Assembly (NCBI GenBank): GCA_025999395.1
Contig: AP024682.1
Span: forward strand, 173,638 to 237,637
Length of the DNA: 64,000 bases
Origin: Candidatus Parcubacteria bacterium
GTDB taxonomy: Bacteria; Patescibacteriota; Minisyncoccia; UBA6257; JAGOQP01
Direction: 5' to 3'
Part shown: positions 39,415-49,818 of the stretch, piece after piece
Layout: each line of letters starts with the position of its first letter
How positions within the stretch are numbered: the stretch's first letter is position 1
The notes under the pieces: model-generated
What the model was told of the DNA's origin: nothing
Seen by the model: only the letters and a program-made list of their open reading frames with translations
The model's database searches: none
Position numbers and translations under genes: made by a program

Positions 39415-42400
39415 ATGTTTAAAATGGTTTTTATGCTAATCAACTTAAAATCTTTTAACCCTTCGGAGGTTGAAGAAAAAGTTCTTCAATTCTGGAAGGA
39501 AAAAAATATCTTTCAAAAAACTTTAAATCCCAAGGGGAAAAAGAAAAAATTCTTTCATTTTTGGGAGGGCCCTCCTTACGCTAATGGACGGCCGGGAATT
39601 CATCATGTTTTGGCTAGAGTGTTTAAAGATGTTTTTTTGCGTTACAAAACGATGCAGGGGTTTATAGTTCCCAGAAAAGCTGGTTGGGATACTCACGGTC
39701 TTCCTATTGAAATTGAAGCAGAAAAAGATTTTGGAGTTAGCTCTAAAGTGGAGATAGAAAAAATAGGAATTGATCGTTTTAATCAAAAAGCCAAAGAAAT
39801 TGTTTTCCGGTGTAAGGATGAGTTTGAAAAAATGACTGAACGAATTGGTTACTGGTTGGATTTAAAAAATGCCTATGTAACTTACTCTCCGGATTTTATT
39901 GAAAGTTTGTGGTGGGTGTTTAAAAGAATTTATGAGAGAGGTTATTTGAAAGAGCTTTACCGAGTAGTTCCTTATTGTCCGCGATGTCAAACTCCTTTAT
40001 CTAATCACGAACTGGGTCAGCCGGGAGTTTATAAAAGCGTTCCCGATCCTTCTTTGTTTGTAAAATTTCCTTTGGCAGGAAAAGAAAACGAATTTCTTTT
40101 GGTTTGGACCACTACTCCCTGGACTTTGCCGGCGAATGTTGCAGTGGCAGTGTTACCGGAAGGAGATTATGTAAAGTACAAAGTTGGCCAAGACTATCTC
40201 TGGATGCTTGAAGGGGCACCTTTTTTGAGAGAGAAATTTGAATTAGAGGAAGTGGAAAGAAAAAAAGGAAAAGAAATGGCTGGCTGGAAATATCAACCGC
40301 TTTATCCTTTAAAACAAAAAATTAATTTACCAATTGAGCCTTACAGCGTCCTTTTAGCAGATTTTGTTTCAATGGAAGAAGGGACAGGATTGGTTCATAT
40401 TGCTCCCACTTTCGGGGAAGATGACTTTAATTTAGTTTTTGCTCAGGGAATTAAAGAAAATCATCATCTGCCCCACACCGTTGAGGATGATGGAACGATG
40501 GCTAAAGAAGTAATTGGAGAAGGGCTGCCGATAAAAGAAGCTGATAAAGTAATTCTTCAGGATTTAGAAAAAAGGGGATTAGTTTTATTGGTGGATAAGA
40601 TAGAGCACGAATATCCTCACTGTTGGCGTTGTTCTTCTCCCTTGATTTATTTTGCTAAAAAGTCTTGGTTTTTTGAGGTTTCTCGCTTAAGAAAAGAATT
40701 AGTAGAAGCTAATCAAAAAATAAACTGGTACCCTGAATATCTAAAAGAAGGAAGATTTGGAAATTGGATCGCCGAAGCCAAAGATTGGTCTATTTCTCGC
40801 GATCGCTTTTGGGGGACGCCTCTCCCAATTTGGCGTTGTCAGAAATGCCAAAAGTTAACAGTAGTAGGAAGTTTTCAGGAATTATTTTCCTTACAACCCC
40901 ACGAAGAACCAAATAAATATTTTCTTCTTCGTCACGGAGAGGCGGAAAGTAATATTAAACAAATTGTTGATGCTGATCCTAAAAACAAAGACAGGGTTGG
41001 TTTAACTTCAAAAGGGAAAAAACAAGCTCAGCAGGTAGCCAAAAAGTTAAAAAAGGAAGGAGTTGATTTAATTTTTTCCTCTGATTTTCGAAGAACTCGA
41101 GAAACAGCTGAAATTATTGCCAAGGAATTAGGCATCAAAAAGGTTATTTTTGATGAGCGCTTAAGAGAAATTAATGTGGGAATCTTTCACGGGCATAATG
41201 TCCAAGATTATCACACTTACTTTCCTTCTTATCAGGATAAGTTTCAAAAACAGCCGGAGAAGGGAGAAAGTCTAAAAGATGTTTCTAAAAGAGTTTGGGA
41301 TTTTGTTAAAGAGGTGGAAAAGAAATATCACGGCAAAAAAATTTTGATAGTTAGTCACGAGTATCCTTTGTGGATGCTTTATTCGGTGATTAAGGGTTTG
41401 TGGCAGGAGCGCTCGATTCGGGAAAAAGAAGAAAGGGGTAATGATTTCTTAAAGCCAGCCCAATTTGAAGTAGTTGATTTTGCTTTAGTGCCGCGAGATG
41501 AGTGGGGAATGGCTGACTATCATCGCCCTTATGTAGATAAGATTTCGCTTAAGTGTCAGCATTGCGGATCTTTAGCTAATAGGATTTCTGATGTAGCGGA
41601 TGTTTGGTTTGATTCAGGAGCAATGCCTTATGCTCAAGAACATTGGCCTTTTTCTAAGATAAAAGAAGGATCATCGATTTCTGATTTTGATAAAAAATCT
41701 CTTAAAAAACCGGATCGTTTTCCAGCCGATTTTATTTGTGAAGGAATTGATCAAACAAGAGGCTGGTTTTACACTCTTTTAGCAACCGCGGTGCTTTTGG
41801 GAATGGGTACTCCTTACAAAAATGTGGTTTCTTTGGGATTGGTTTTAGATAAATATGGTCAAAAAATGTCAAAATCTCGCGGTAATGTAGTCGATCCTTG
41901 GTCGGTTATCAATAAGTTTGGAATCGATGCGGTGCGCTGGTATTTTTATTCAATTAATTCTCCAGCTGAGCCTAAAAACTTTGATGAAGAAGAAATAAAA
42001 AATTCCTTAAGAAGGTTACTGATGCTGGTTTACAATTCCTTTGCTTTTCTTCAGCTTTATGGGCAAAGGCGCCTACCTTTAGAAAAAACTCCTTCTTTAA
42101 AAAATCCCTTAGATCAATGGATTCTTTTGCGTCTTAGCCAAACCGCTTTAGCGGTTGAAGAAAGAATGGATAATTATGATGTTTTAAAATCAACTCAGTT
42201 AATTGAAGAGTTGGTGGATGATTTGTCTCGTTGGTATATTCGCCGCTCGCGAAGAAGATTTCAAAAACCAGATTTAGATTCTTTACAAGGAAAGAAGGAT
42301 TATCAAAATGCTTCTTGGGTGTTGGCTTTCGTTCTTTTAAATCTTTCTAAGTTGTTGGCTCCGTTTATTCCTTTCTTTGCCGAAGCTCTTTATCAATCTC

Positions 42401-42990
42401 TAAAGAAGCTTTATCGATTTAAGAGTCAGGATTCAGTTCATTTGGAAGAGTGGCCTTCTTTTTCCCGCCCCTCTCGTAAAGAAGCAAAGCTTTTAGAAGA
42501 AATGTCCAAGATAAGAAATTTGGCATCATTAGTTTTGGCTAAAAGAATAGAGGTAAAAATTAAAGTTAAACAACCCTTATCGGTTTTGAGAATAAAGAAT
42601 CCAGATTTATGGGTAGACAATCCCGGACTTTTGAAAATTTTAGCTGAAGAAGTAAATGTTAAAGAAGTAGTGTTTGATAAAGAAATTAATCAGGATTTTG
42701 AATTGGACACCACCATCACTCCCGAATTAAAAACCGAAGGAATTCTAAGAGAATTATCAAGAAATATTCAAGACTTAAGACAAGAAGCTGGCTGTCTTCC
42801 TAAGGATAAAATTAATCTCTGGTTTGAAGGTGATAAAAATCTTTTAAGTTTGGTAGAAAATAATCTTTCTTGGATAAAAGAAGAAGTGAGCGCTAAAAAT
42901 ATAAGATTTGAGCGCTCAGCAAAGGTAACTGCTCAAATGGAAACCAAGATTGATAATCAAAGAATTTGGATTGGCCTTGAGGTAGTTTAG
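39415..42990 (+). CDS. ileS: isoleucyl-tRNA synthetase with an inserted histidine-phosphatase (phosphoglycerate-mutase-like) domain
   Basis: HIGH region PPYANGRPGIHHVLARV, CP1 editing domain (TTPWTLPAN), Zn knuckles YCPRCQ / HCWRC, KMSKS (GQKMSKSRGN); about 190-aa insert (nt 40915-41490) with RHG (LLRHGEAESN), RRTRETAE, REINVGIFHG, IVSHEYP motifs between CQKCQK and CQHCGS. Confidence 0.85.
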   Translation: MFKMVFMLINLKSFNPSEVEEKVLQFWKEKNIFQKTLNPKGKKKKFFHFWEGPPYANGRPGIHHVLARVFKDVFLRYKTMQGFIVPRKAGWDTHGLPIEIEAEKDFGVSSKVEIEKIGIDRFNQKAKEIVFRCKDEFEKMTERIGYWLDLKNAYVTYSPDFIESLWWVFKRIYERGYLKELYRVVPYCPRCQTPLSNHELGQPGVYKSVPDPSLFVKFPLAGKENEFLLVWTTTPWTLPANVAVAVLPEGDYVKYKVGQDYLWMLEGAPFLREKFELEEVERKKGKEMAGWKYQPLYPLKQKINLPIEPYSVLLADFVSMEEGTGLVHIAPTFGEDDFNLVFAQGIKENHHLPHTVEDDGTMAKEVIGEGLPIKEADKVILQDLEKRGLVLLVDKIEHEYPHCWRCSSPLIYFAKKSWFFEVSRLRKELVEANQKINWYPEYLKEGRFGNWIAEAKDWSISRDRFWGTPLPIWRCQKCQKLTVVGSFQELFSLQPHEEPNKYFLLRHGEAESNIKQIVDADPKNKDRVGLTSKGKKQAQQVAKKLKKEGVDLIFSSDFRRTRETAEIIAKELGIKKVIFDERLREINVGIFHGHNVQDYHTYFPSYQDKFQKQPEKGESLKDVSKRVWDFVKEVEKKYHGKKILIVSHEYPLWMLYSVIKGLWQERSIREKEERGNDFLKPAQFEVVDFALVPRDEWGMADYHRPYVDKISLKCQHCGSLANRISDVADVWFDSGAMPYAQEHWPFSKIKEGSSISDFDKKSLKKPDRFPADFICEGIDQTRGWFYTLLATAVLLGMGTPYKNVVSLGLVLDKYGQKMSKSRGNVVDPWSVINKFGIDAVRWYFYSINSPAEPKNFDEEEIKNSLRRLLMLVYNSFAFLQLYGQRRLPLEKTPSLKNPLDQWILLRLSQTALAVEERMDNYDVLKSTQLIEELVDDLSRWYIRRSRRRFQKPDLDSLQGKKDYQNASWVLAFVLLNLSKLLAPFIPFFAEALYQSLKKLYRFKSQDSVHLEEWPSFSRPSRKEAKLLEEMSKIRNLASLVLAKRIEVKIKVKQPLSVLRIKNPDLWVDNPGLLKILAEEVNVKEVVFDKEINQDFELDTTITPELKTEGILRELSRNIQDLRQEAGCLPKDKINLWFEGDKNLLSLVENNLSWIKEEVSAKNIRFERSAKVTAQMETKIDNQRIWIGLEVV

Positions 42991-43011
42991 AAATTTAGGC
43001 TCAAGTTCCTT

Positions 43012-44361
43012 ATGAAGATGATTAAAAACTTTTCTTCTCTAGCTTCCTCTCCTCTTCGCAAGCAGGCTCTTTCTTTAATTGAAGCTGCCTTTCAAGCGCT
43101 TGAGGTAGAAAAAGTAATTAAAGAAAGGGTTTTTCTTAATCGGGAAAGGCAGGCTCTTGCCTTTAGTAGCGTCTCAGGAAAAGAAGTTGAATTGGATTTA
43201 ACTAAGATAGGAAAAATTTATTTAATAGGCTTTGGCAAAGGTTCTTTGTTGGCGATCGCTTCTTTAAAAAAGACTCTTTCTTCTTTAGGAGAAAAAATTG
43301 CTCAGGCTATTGCTTTAGATAAAGAAAGAACTCTTCCCTTATCTCAAATTAGAAAACTAAAAATTAAATTTTTCCAAGGTAGTCATCCTCATCCTTCTTT
43401 GAAAAACATTCGAGCTGCTGGTTTTATTTTAAAGACTCTTAATCAACTCAAAAAAGATGATTTGGTAATTTATTTTATCGGGGGAGGCGGTTCGGCGCTA
43501 CTTTGCGCTTCTCAAGAAGAACTTAGATTTAGTCGATTAGTTTTTGAGCGGCTAACAAAAAAAGGGGCTTCAATTAAAGAGATTAACACCGCTCGAAAGC
43601 ATCTTTCTTTGGTAAAGGGAGGTTTTTTGGCTCGTTATACTTATCCGGCTACTTCTGTTTCTTTAATTGTTTCTGATGTTTGCGGAAATGATTTTTCAAT
43701 TATTGCTTCAGGGCCAACGGTTTTGGACAAAACAACCAAGAAAGATGCTTTAAGAATTTTAAAAAAATATTTTTCTTCTGAGGAAATTAAAAAATTTTCT
43801 TTAGCTTCTGCTTTGAAAGAAACCCCTAAAAATAAAAAGTATTTTTCAAAGGTTAAAAATCTTCTTTTAGCCTGTAATCAGGATGGAATATTGGCTATGA
43901 AAGAAAAAGCTCAGTCTTTAGGATTAAAGGCAAAAATCATTTCCTTAACCTATCAAAATGAAGCTCGAAAAACTTTTCTATCTTTTTTAAAAAAAATTAA
44001 AAAGGGCGAAGTTTTTCTTTTAGCGGGAGAAACAACGGTTAAAATTGAAGGCAAAGGTAAGGGAGGAAGAAATCAAGAAGCGGTTTTGGGAGCAATTGCC
44101 TGGGCTTATCAGAAAAAATTTGATTTTCATAATCTTTTAGTAGCAAGTTTTTCTTCTGATGGCTGGGATAATACACCTGTAGCTGGGGCGTTAGCAGATG
44201 AAAAAACTCTTCAATTAGTTTTTCAACGAAAAATTAACCCCTTTCTTTTTCTAAAAAACAATGACTCTTTTCATTTTTTTAAAAAAGTGGGTGGCCATCT
44301 TAAAGTTCGAAGACAATCTTTTAATGTAGCGGATCTGATGATGATAATTAAAGGCAAATAA
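43012..44361 (+). CDS. glycerate 2-kinase (MOFRL family)
   Basis: IYLIGFGKGS, FIGGGGSALLC, LLAGETTVKIEGKGKGGRNQE motifs typical of GckA/TtuD glycerate kinases. Confidence 0.75.
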   Translation: MKMIKNFSSLASSPLRKQALSLIEAAFQALEVEKVIKERVFLNRERQALAFSSVSGKEVELDLTKIGKIYLIGFGKGSLLAIASLKKTLSSLGEKIAQAIALDKERTLPLSQIRKLKIKFFQGSHPHPSLKNIRAAGFILKTLNQLKKDDLVIYFIGGGGSALLCASQEELRFSRLVFERLTKKGASIKEINTARKHLSLVKGGFLARYTYPATSVSLIVSDVCGNDFSIIASGPTVLDKTTKKDALRILKKYFSSEEIKKFSLASALKETPKNKKYFSKVKNLLLACNQDGILAMKEKAQSLGLKAKIISLTYQNEARKTFLSFLKKIKKGEVFLLAGETTVKIEGKGKGGRNQEAVLGAIAWAYQKKFDFHNLLVASFSSDGWDNTPVAGALADEKTLQLVFQRKINPFLFLKNNDSFHFFKKVGGHLKVRRQSFNVADLMMIIKGK

Positions 44362-44438
44362 TTTCTTTATTTAGTAAAGAAAGTGTATAATTTTATCGTT
44401 GGAATTGTTAAAAATTAAAATTAGCTTTCTTTTTTATT

Positions 44439-46928
44439 ATGTCTCAATACATAAAAGCTTTTTCTTCTCTGACTATTAAAGATGTTCCTCAGGTAGGAGG
44501 GAAGAATGCTTCTTTGGGAGAAATGATTAGAACTTTAACTTCTCGAGGAATAAATGTTCCCGACGGCTTTGCAATCACCGCTCAAGCTTATCGTTTCTTT
44601 TTAAAAAAAGCTCAAGTAAAGGTTGAAAACGGTCAGTGGCTAAGCTTGGAAAATTTTCTCAAGAAAAGTTTAGCAAGTTTAAATATCAAGAATTTAAAAA
44701 GCCTCCAACAAACAGGGAAAAAGATAAGAGAAGCTATTAAAAATGCTTCGTTACCGCAGGATTTGGAAAAAGAGATTAGAAAAGAATATCAGCGGATGGA
44801 AAAAAAATATGGTCCCAAAGTGGATGTAGCGGTTCGTTCCTCGGCTACTGCAGAAGATTTGCCTTCTGCTTCTTTTGCTGGTCAGCAAGAAACTTATCTT
44901 AATATTCGAGGAGAGGAAAAACTAATAGAGGCAGTAAAGAAATGTTTCGCCTCTCTTTTTACTGACAGAGCCATTTCTTATCGTCAAGACAAAAAATTTG
45001 ATCATCTAAAAGTAGCACTTTCAGTGGGAGTTCAAAAAATGGTTCGCTCCGATAAAGCTTGTTCAGGAGTAATGTTTACTTTGGATACTGAATCTGGATT
45101 TAAGGATGTGGTCCTCATTAATGGGTCTTGGGGTTTAGGAGAAATGATTGTTCAGGGAGAGGTTATTCCGGATGAATTTTTGGTTTTTAAGCCCTTTTTG
45201 AAAAAAAATTTTAGTCAACTTCTTCCAATTATAGGGAAAAAATTAGGGCAGAAGGATAGAAAAATGATCTATTCTTCTCAAGAGACAAAGCCTACCAAGA
45301 TTGTAGAAACCTCACCAAAAGAACGCCAAACTTTTACTTTAAATGATCAGGAAATTTTAACCTTGGCTAAATGGGGAATTTTGATTGAGGAGCACTATTC
45401 TAAGAAAAATGGTCGTTGGACGCCAATGGATATTGAGTGGGCTAAAGATGGATTAACTGGACAGTTGTTTATTGTTCAAGCTCGACCAGAAACGGTTCAA
45501 TCCCAGAAAGATTTTTCTATTATTCGAGAATATCGGCTAAAAGAAACACCCTCAAAAAACAAAATTTTGGTAAGCGGAGCTTCGGTGGGGAACAAAATTG
45601 CTTCTGGTAAAGCGAGAGTTATTTTAGATGTTAAGGGGATTAATTCCTTTAAAGCAGGAGAGATTTTAGTAACAGATATGACCGATCCTGATTGGGAGCC
45701 GATAATGAAAATTGCCTCCGCGATTGTTACCGATAAAGGAGGGCGCACTTCTCATGCGGCTATTGTTTCTCGAGAACTGGGTATTCCCTGTATTGTGGGA
45801 ACCGTTAACGCCACTAAAAGGATAAAAACCGGGCAATCGATAACAGTAGATGCGACAGGCAGTGAGGGTTATGTTTATGATGGTTTAATCAAGTTTGAGA
45901 TTAAGGAGCAAAATATTAGAAATCTTCCTTCGGTAAAAACCAAAATAATGGTTAATGTTGGTACCCCCGAAATTGCTTTTAAGAGCTCATTTTTACCGGT
46001 TCAAGGAGTGGGGTTGGCGCGAGAAGAGTTTATTTTGGCTTCTGGGATTGGTATTCATCCAATGGCTTTAATTGATTATCCAAAACTTAAAAACCAACTT
46101 CGGCTTCTGGAAAAACAAAAAAAGCTAAAGCAAGCTTCTTTCTTAAGAAGAGTTCTAAATCTAATAGACAAAAAAACTGCTGCCTATCAAGACAAGAAAG
46201 ATTTTTACATAGATCAGCTAGCTTATGGAATTGCCAAAATTGCGGCTGCTTTTTGGCCGCGTGAAGTTATTGTCCGCTTTTCAGATTTTAAAACCAATGA
46301 GTATCGGCAATTAATAGGCGGAGAGATTTATGAACCAAATGAGGAAAATCCAATGATTGGTTGGCGAGGAGCAGCGCGGTATTATCATCCTTCTTTCGAA
46401 AAGGCTTTTGCGCTGGAAGTAGTGGCCATTAAAAAAGTTCGTCAAGAGATAGGATTAAACAATGTAAATGTAATGATCCCTGTTTGTCGCACTCCGGAAG
46501 AAGGGGAAAAGGTTTTATCTCTTATGGGAAAATATGGTCTAAAGCGTGGTCAGCAAGGGTTAAGGGTATATGTAATGTGTGAGGTACCGGCCAATGTTAT
46601 TTTAGCGGATAAATTTTTAGATATTTTTGATGGAATGAGCATTGGCTCTAATGACTTAACTCAAATGACTTTGGCTTTAGATAGGGATGGAAATGAAAGA
46701 ATTAGAAATATTGCTAATGAGAATAATGAAGCGGTAAAAACTCTGATTTCTTGGGTGATTAAAAAATGTCGGGCTCGCAAAAAATATATTGGCATCTGTG
46801 GAGACGCTCCTTCTACTTTTCCTGAATTTGCTAAGTTTCTCGCTCGAGAAGGAATAGAAAGTATCTCTTTAAGTCCAGATGCGGTAATAAGAACCATTCT
46901 TGAAATTGCCAAGTCGGAAAGAAAATAG
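44439..46928 (+). CDS. ppsA: phosphoenolpyruvate synthase (pyruvate, water dikinase)
   Basis: N-terminal VPQVGGKNASLGEM, phosphohistidine domain GGRTSHAAIVSRELGIPCIVG, C-terminal PEP-utilising TIM-barrel; 829 aa. Confidence 0.85.
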   Translation: MSQYIKAFSSLTIKDVPQVGGKNASLGEMIRTLTSRGINVPDGFAITAQAYRFFLKKAQVKVENGQWLSLENFLKKSLASLNIKNLKSLQQTGKKIREAIKNASLPQDLEKEIRKEYQRMEKKYGPKVDVAVRSSATAEDLPSASFAGQQETYLNIRGEEKLIEAVKKCFASLFTDRAISYRQDKKFDHLKVALSVGVQKMVRSDKACSGVMFTLDTESGFKDVVLINGSWGLGEMIVQGEVIPDEFLVFKPFLKKNFSQLLPIIGKKLGQKDRKMIYSSQETKPTKIVETSPKERQTFTLNDQEILTLAKWGILIEEHYSKKNGRWTPMDIEWAKDGLTGQLFIVQARPETVQSQKDFSIIREYRLKETPSKNKILVSGASVGNKIASGKARVILDVKGINSFKAGEILVTDMTDPDWEPIMKIASAIVTDKGGRTSHAAIVSRELGIPCIVGTVNATKRIKTGQSITVDATGSEGYVYDGLIKFEIKEQNIRNLPSVKTKIMVNVGTPEIAFKSSFLPVQGVGLAREEFILASGIGIHPMALIDYPKLKNQLRLLEKQKKLKQASFLRRVLNLIDKKTAAYQDKKDFYIDQLAYGIAKIAAAFWPREVIVRFSDFKTNEYRQLIGGEIYEPNEENPMIGWRGAARYYHPSFEKAFALEVVAIKKVRQEIGLNNVNVMIPVCRTPEEGEKVLSLMGKYGLKRGQQGLRVYVMCEVPANVILADKFLDIFDGMSIGSNDLTQMTLALDRDGNERIRNIANENNEAVKTLISWVIKKCRARKKYIGICGDAPSTFPEFAKFLAREGIESISLSPDAVIRTILEIAKSERK

Positions 46929-47036
46929 ACCAAGCTTTTATTTTTTTGTCGCTAAAGTATAATTAATATAGTTTAGTTAAACTCAAAAAGGCCCAAACAA
47001 AAATTAAAGGATTATTAAAAAATTTAATTAAAAAAT

Positions 47037-49724
47037 ATGAAAAAGTTTGGTCTCTTGTTTTTTTCCTTTATTCTTTTAACTTTCTCTTCCTCAAGTTTTG
47101 CTTTTTCGACAAATCAATCCTCTCAAATTAATTACTTAGGGAAATTTCTTGCTGATGTCTATAGTGCCCTTTTTGGCACTTCTCAGACTTCTCTTTTAAC
47201 AAAAGCAGAAGCTACAGGTAGTGTTACAATTCATGCTCTCATTGGAAAAAGAGAGACGACTGGAGGTGCTATTACTAATACTCGTCCAGCGACAGCAAGT
47301 GAATTAGCCGGCTTTTCTTATAAAATTGAAAGAATCGAAGGACGAGGAACAAATACTAAAATTACAACAGTCATTGATAATGCCAGGGCTGAACAAACTT
47401 ACTCCTTAGCAGCCAATGATCCGTCAACGAGAGATGAGTATTTTCTTATTGTTAAAGACACTCCCGAAAACATTACTTATGATCCCGGTATTTTTGGAGG
47501 TATTTATTTTAAAGTGGCAGCTGGTCAAAATACTGATGTTACAGTTACTTATTATGTTGCTCTTAGCACTGCTAAACCTGGTGCGGCTGGGGAACCAATT
47601 GAGGTAACAATTGATGCTGATGTGGTAGATTACAAAGGAAATTTTGTGAGAAATTTGACTGCTGAAGAAAAAAATCGAATTAAATTTGAAGTTAAGCAAT
47701 TTGATAGCTCTAGTAATTATGGAGGAGAAGTGGGAACCTTTGAAAATGCTGGTAAAGCGACCTCAGCCTTTCCTTCGCCGGCAGGATTGGGAACTTTTAA
47801 AAATGTTCCAGTTAGAAGAGCGGCTCAGGTGAATAACTTTTGGGGATATCGTTTATTAGATATTGAATTGCCTAGCGGTTATTCTTTAAGATCAATCACT
47901 TCAGAAATTATTGGTGATGAAAATGTTCGACACAACGGTTATAATCAGGGAACTCTTTTTGTACCACCCTTAGTTGTTCCTCGTAGTTTTTGGGAACAAT
48001 ATCAAGACATTCTTGGACCTTACGGTTCAGTACCTAAATTTACCCTTAAGCTTCATTTAGCAGAAGTTGAAGATTCAAGAGTTCAGAAGAAAGATAAGCT
48101 CTTATTCGTTGGGGAAAATAATTCAGGTTTAGATTTTGTTAAAAGAATTGTTCAAACCTATACCGACAATGAAGGTTTATATTTAGAAAGGCATAGCAAT
48201 GATAGAGTTCCTCACAACGCTCAAGGAAAGCGCCCCTTTCCTTCTTCTTTTCAAGTTGTTTCCAATAACGGTAAAAATTATTTAGTTTTGAATGCTCGTT
48301 CTCAGATTCATATTTATGATGTTACCAATCCTACCAATCCTAATTTAGTTGAGAAGTTTAATGTAGCTGAAAACCTTTCTTCTTTTCAGTTTTTAGCTCA
48401 TGGGGCGGGAGTTGGGACAGCTTCCGGTTGGCCTCAGGTGGGAGATGTATTTTTTGTTGATGGTTCTCCTTATGTTCTTGCAAACTACGGTTACGGAGGG
48501 GGAAATGGAATGAGTGGAATAGTAATTTTGCGTCTTGATAAGGATTCAATGAAACTTTCTTTTGATGAGAAGTTAGCTTGGATTAATTACAGAGGAGGCA
48601 ATAGAGCTTATGGCCAATATAAGGGTAGTGACGGGAAGATTTATTTTGTAGCAAGTATGTCACAAGAAGATGAAGGAACCAAAGGGATTAAACTACCCTC
48701 TAAATCATCCTCAAATGTTTTTGGAATTTTTACTCTTGATTCTAGCGGCCAACTAAAACTGGAAAAAACACTGCAAGAAAAATCTGGTTTTAATTATCGA
48801 TTTAATTCGCAAGACATTAGCTCTTCGAGCGTCGTTAAAGATTTTCCTTTAGATAATGCTAAATTGGAAAATGTTGGCGACAAAACTCTTCTTCTTGTAT
48901 CAGTTTCAAAATATATAACTACTACCGAAAGTCCCTCCTTAAAGATAATAGATATTACCGATCCCCAAAATGCTTCGGTGGTTGCTTCTTTAAAAATAAC
49001 AGATGGAGTAGCAAGAATGGCGGTTGATAGATATCAAAAGAGATTGATTATAGTTGAAGGATCAGGAAAGGTGGATGTTTTTGATATTGCCAATCCTTCT
49101 TCTCCTCAAAAATTAGCTGATTATTCCAATCTTTTTGAATTGTTGGGAATAAACGAGCAAAGTGGCGCAGTGTTAGAATTAAAGAAGAGACTGAAAATTC
49201 CTTCAAGCGAAAACATTTTACCAGCTTTATCTAATTATTTTAATACTTCTCCTTCTTTTAGTTCGCTAGCGGTTGCTAACGGAAAAATTTTCTTATCGGT
49301 TCCGACGGGGAGTAACTTTTTGAGAGGCGAGACTGAATATTCTGATTATAATGCTTGGTATTTCCAGTTTTTTGCTGATATCAAAGATCTAAGCAATCGC
49401 AAGGTTTTAGGGATGATTTTACCACGTCAGATTTTTTACGCAGCCACTGGCAGCAGCCCTCAACCTCTCGAATATTGCTATGCTGGGCAAAATGTTCTTT
49501 TCTACCGAGATCGCTATATTTATCGAGCCAATTGTCATTTAGCTGATGTTTGGGAGTTTAAAAACATAACTGCCTCCAGTGCCCCCCCAACTCCCGAAGC
49601 TCCGGGTGCTGGCGGGACAACTCTTACTCCTCAACCCTCTTCTCAACCTCAGGTTCCATCTCAGGGGAGTATCTTTTCTATTCGCTCTATTTATAACTGG
49701 GTAAAGAGGGTTATCAAGCTGTAG
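47037..49724 (+). CDS. secreted beta-propeller-like protein with LVIVD-type repeats (IYDVTNPTNPNLVEKF / IIDITDPQNASVVASL / VDVFDIANPSSPQKLADY)
   Basis: signal peptide, repeated [IV]xD[IV][ST][DN]P..P..[LV] units, Pro-rich C-terminal tail. Confidence 0.45.
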   Translation: MKKFGLLFFSFILLTFSSSSFAFSTNQSSQINYLGKFLADVYSALFGTSQTSLLTKAEATGSVTIHALIGKRETTGGAITNTRPATASELAGFSYKIERIEGRGTNTKITTVIDNARAEQTYSLAANDPSTRDEYFLIVKDTPENITYDPGIFGGIYFKVAAGQNTDVTVTYYVALSTAKPGAAGEPIEVTIDADVVDYKGNFVRNLTAEEKNRIKFEVKQFDSSSNYGGEVGTFENAGKATSAFPSPAGLGTFKNVPVRRAAQVNNFWGYRLLDIELPSGYSLRSITSEIIGDENVRHNGYNQGTLFVPPLVVPRSFWEQYQDILGPYGSVPKFTLKLHLAEVEDSRVQKKDKLLFVGENNSGLDFVKRIVQTYTDNEGLYLERHSNDRVPHNAQGKRPFPSSFQVVSNNGKNYLVLNARSQIHIYDVTNPTNPNLVEKFNVAENLSSFQFLAHGAGVGTASGWPQVGDVFFVDGSPYVLANYGYGGGNGMSGIVILRLDKDSMKLSFDEKLAWINYRGGNRAYGQYKGSDGKIYFVASMSQEDEGTKGIKLPSKSSSNVFGIFTLDSSGQLKLEKTLQEKSGFNYRFNSQDISSSSVVKDFPLDNAKLENVGDKTLLLVSVSKYITTTESPSLKIIDITDPQNASVVASLKITDGVARMAVDRYQKRLIIVEGSGKVDVFDIANPSSPQKLADYSNLFELLGINEQSGAVLELKKRLKIPSSENILPALSNYFNTSPSFSSLAVANGKIFLSVPTGSNFLRGETEYSDYNAWYFQFFADIKDLSNRKVLGMILPRQIFYAATGSSPQPLEYCYAGQNVLFYRDRYIYRANCHLADVWEFKNITASSAPPTPEAPGAGGTTLTPQPSSQPQVPSQGSIFSIRSIYNWVKRVIKL

Positions 49725-49818
49725 TTGATGGCTTACTTTATATTCTTTTATATCGGCTTGTCTTATCTTACTTGAGAGAGGCAATTTTCTGTTTTTATGT
49801 TAAAATGGATATTAAAAG

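Noticed and set aside
39246-39443. 65-aa minus-strand ORF upstream of ileS, and possible T-box leader
   Set aside because: ORF lies in the AT-rich ileS promoter region with no RBS; no T-box specifier or antiterminator motifs (AGGGUGGNACCGCG) visible.
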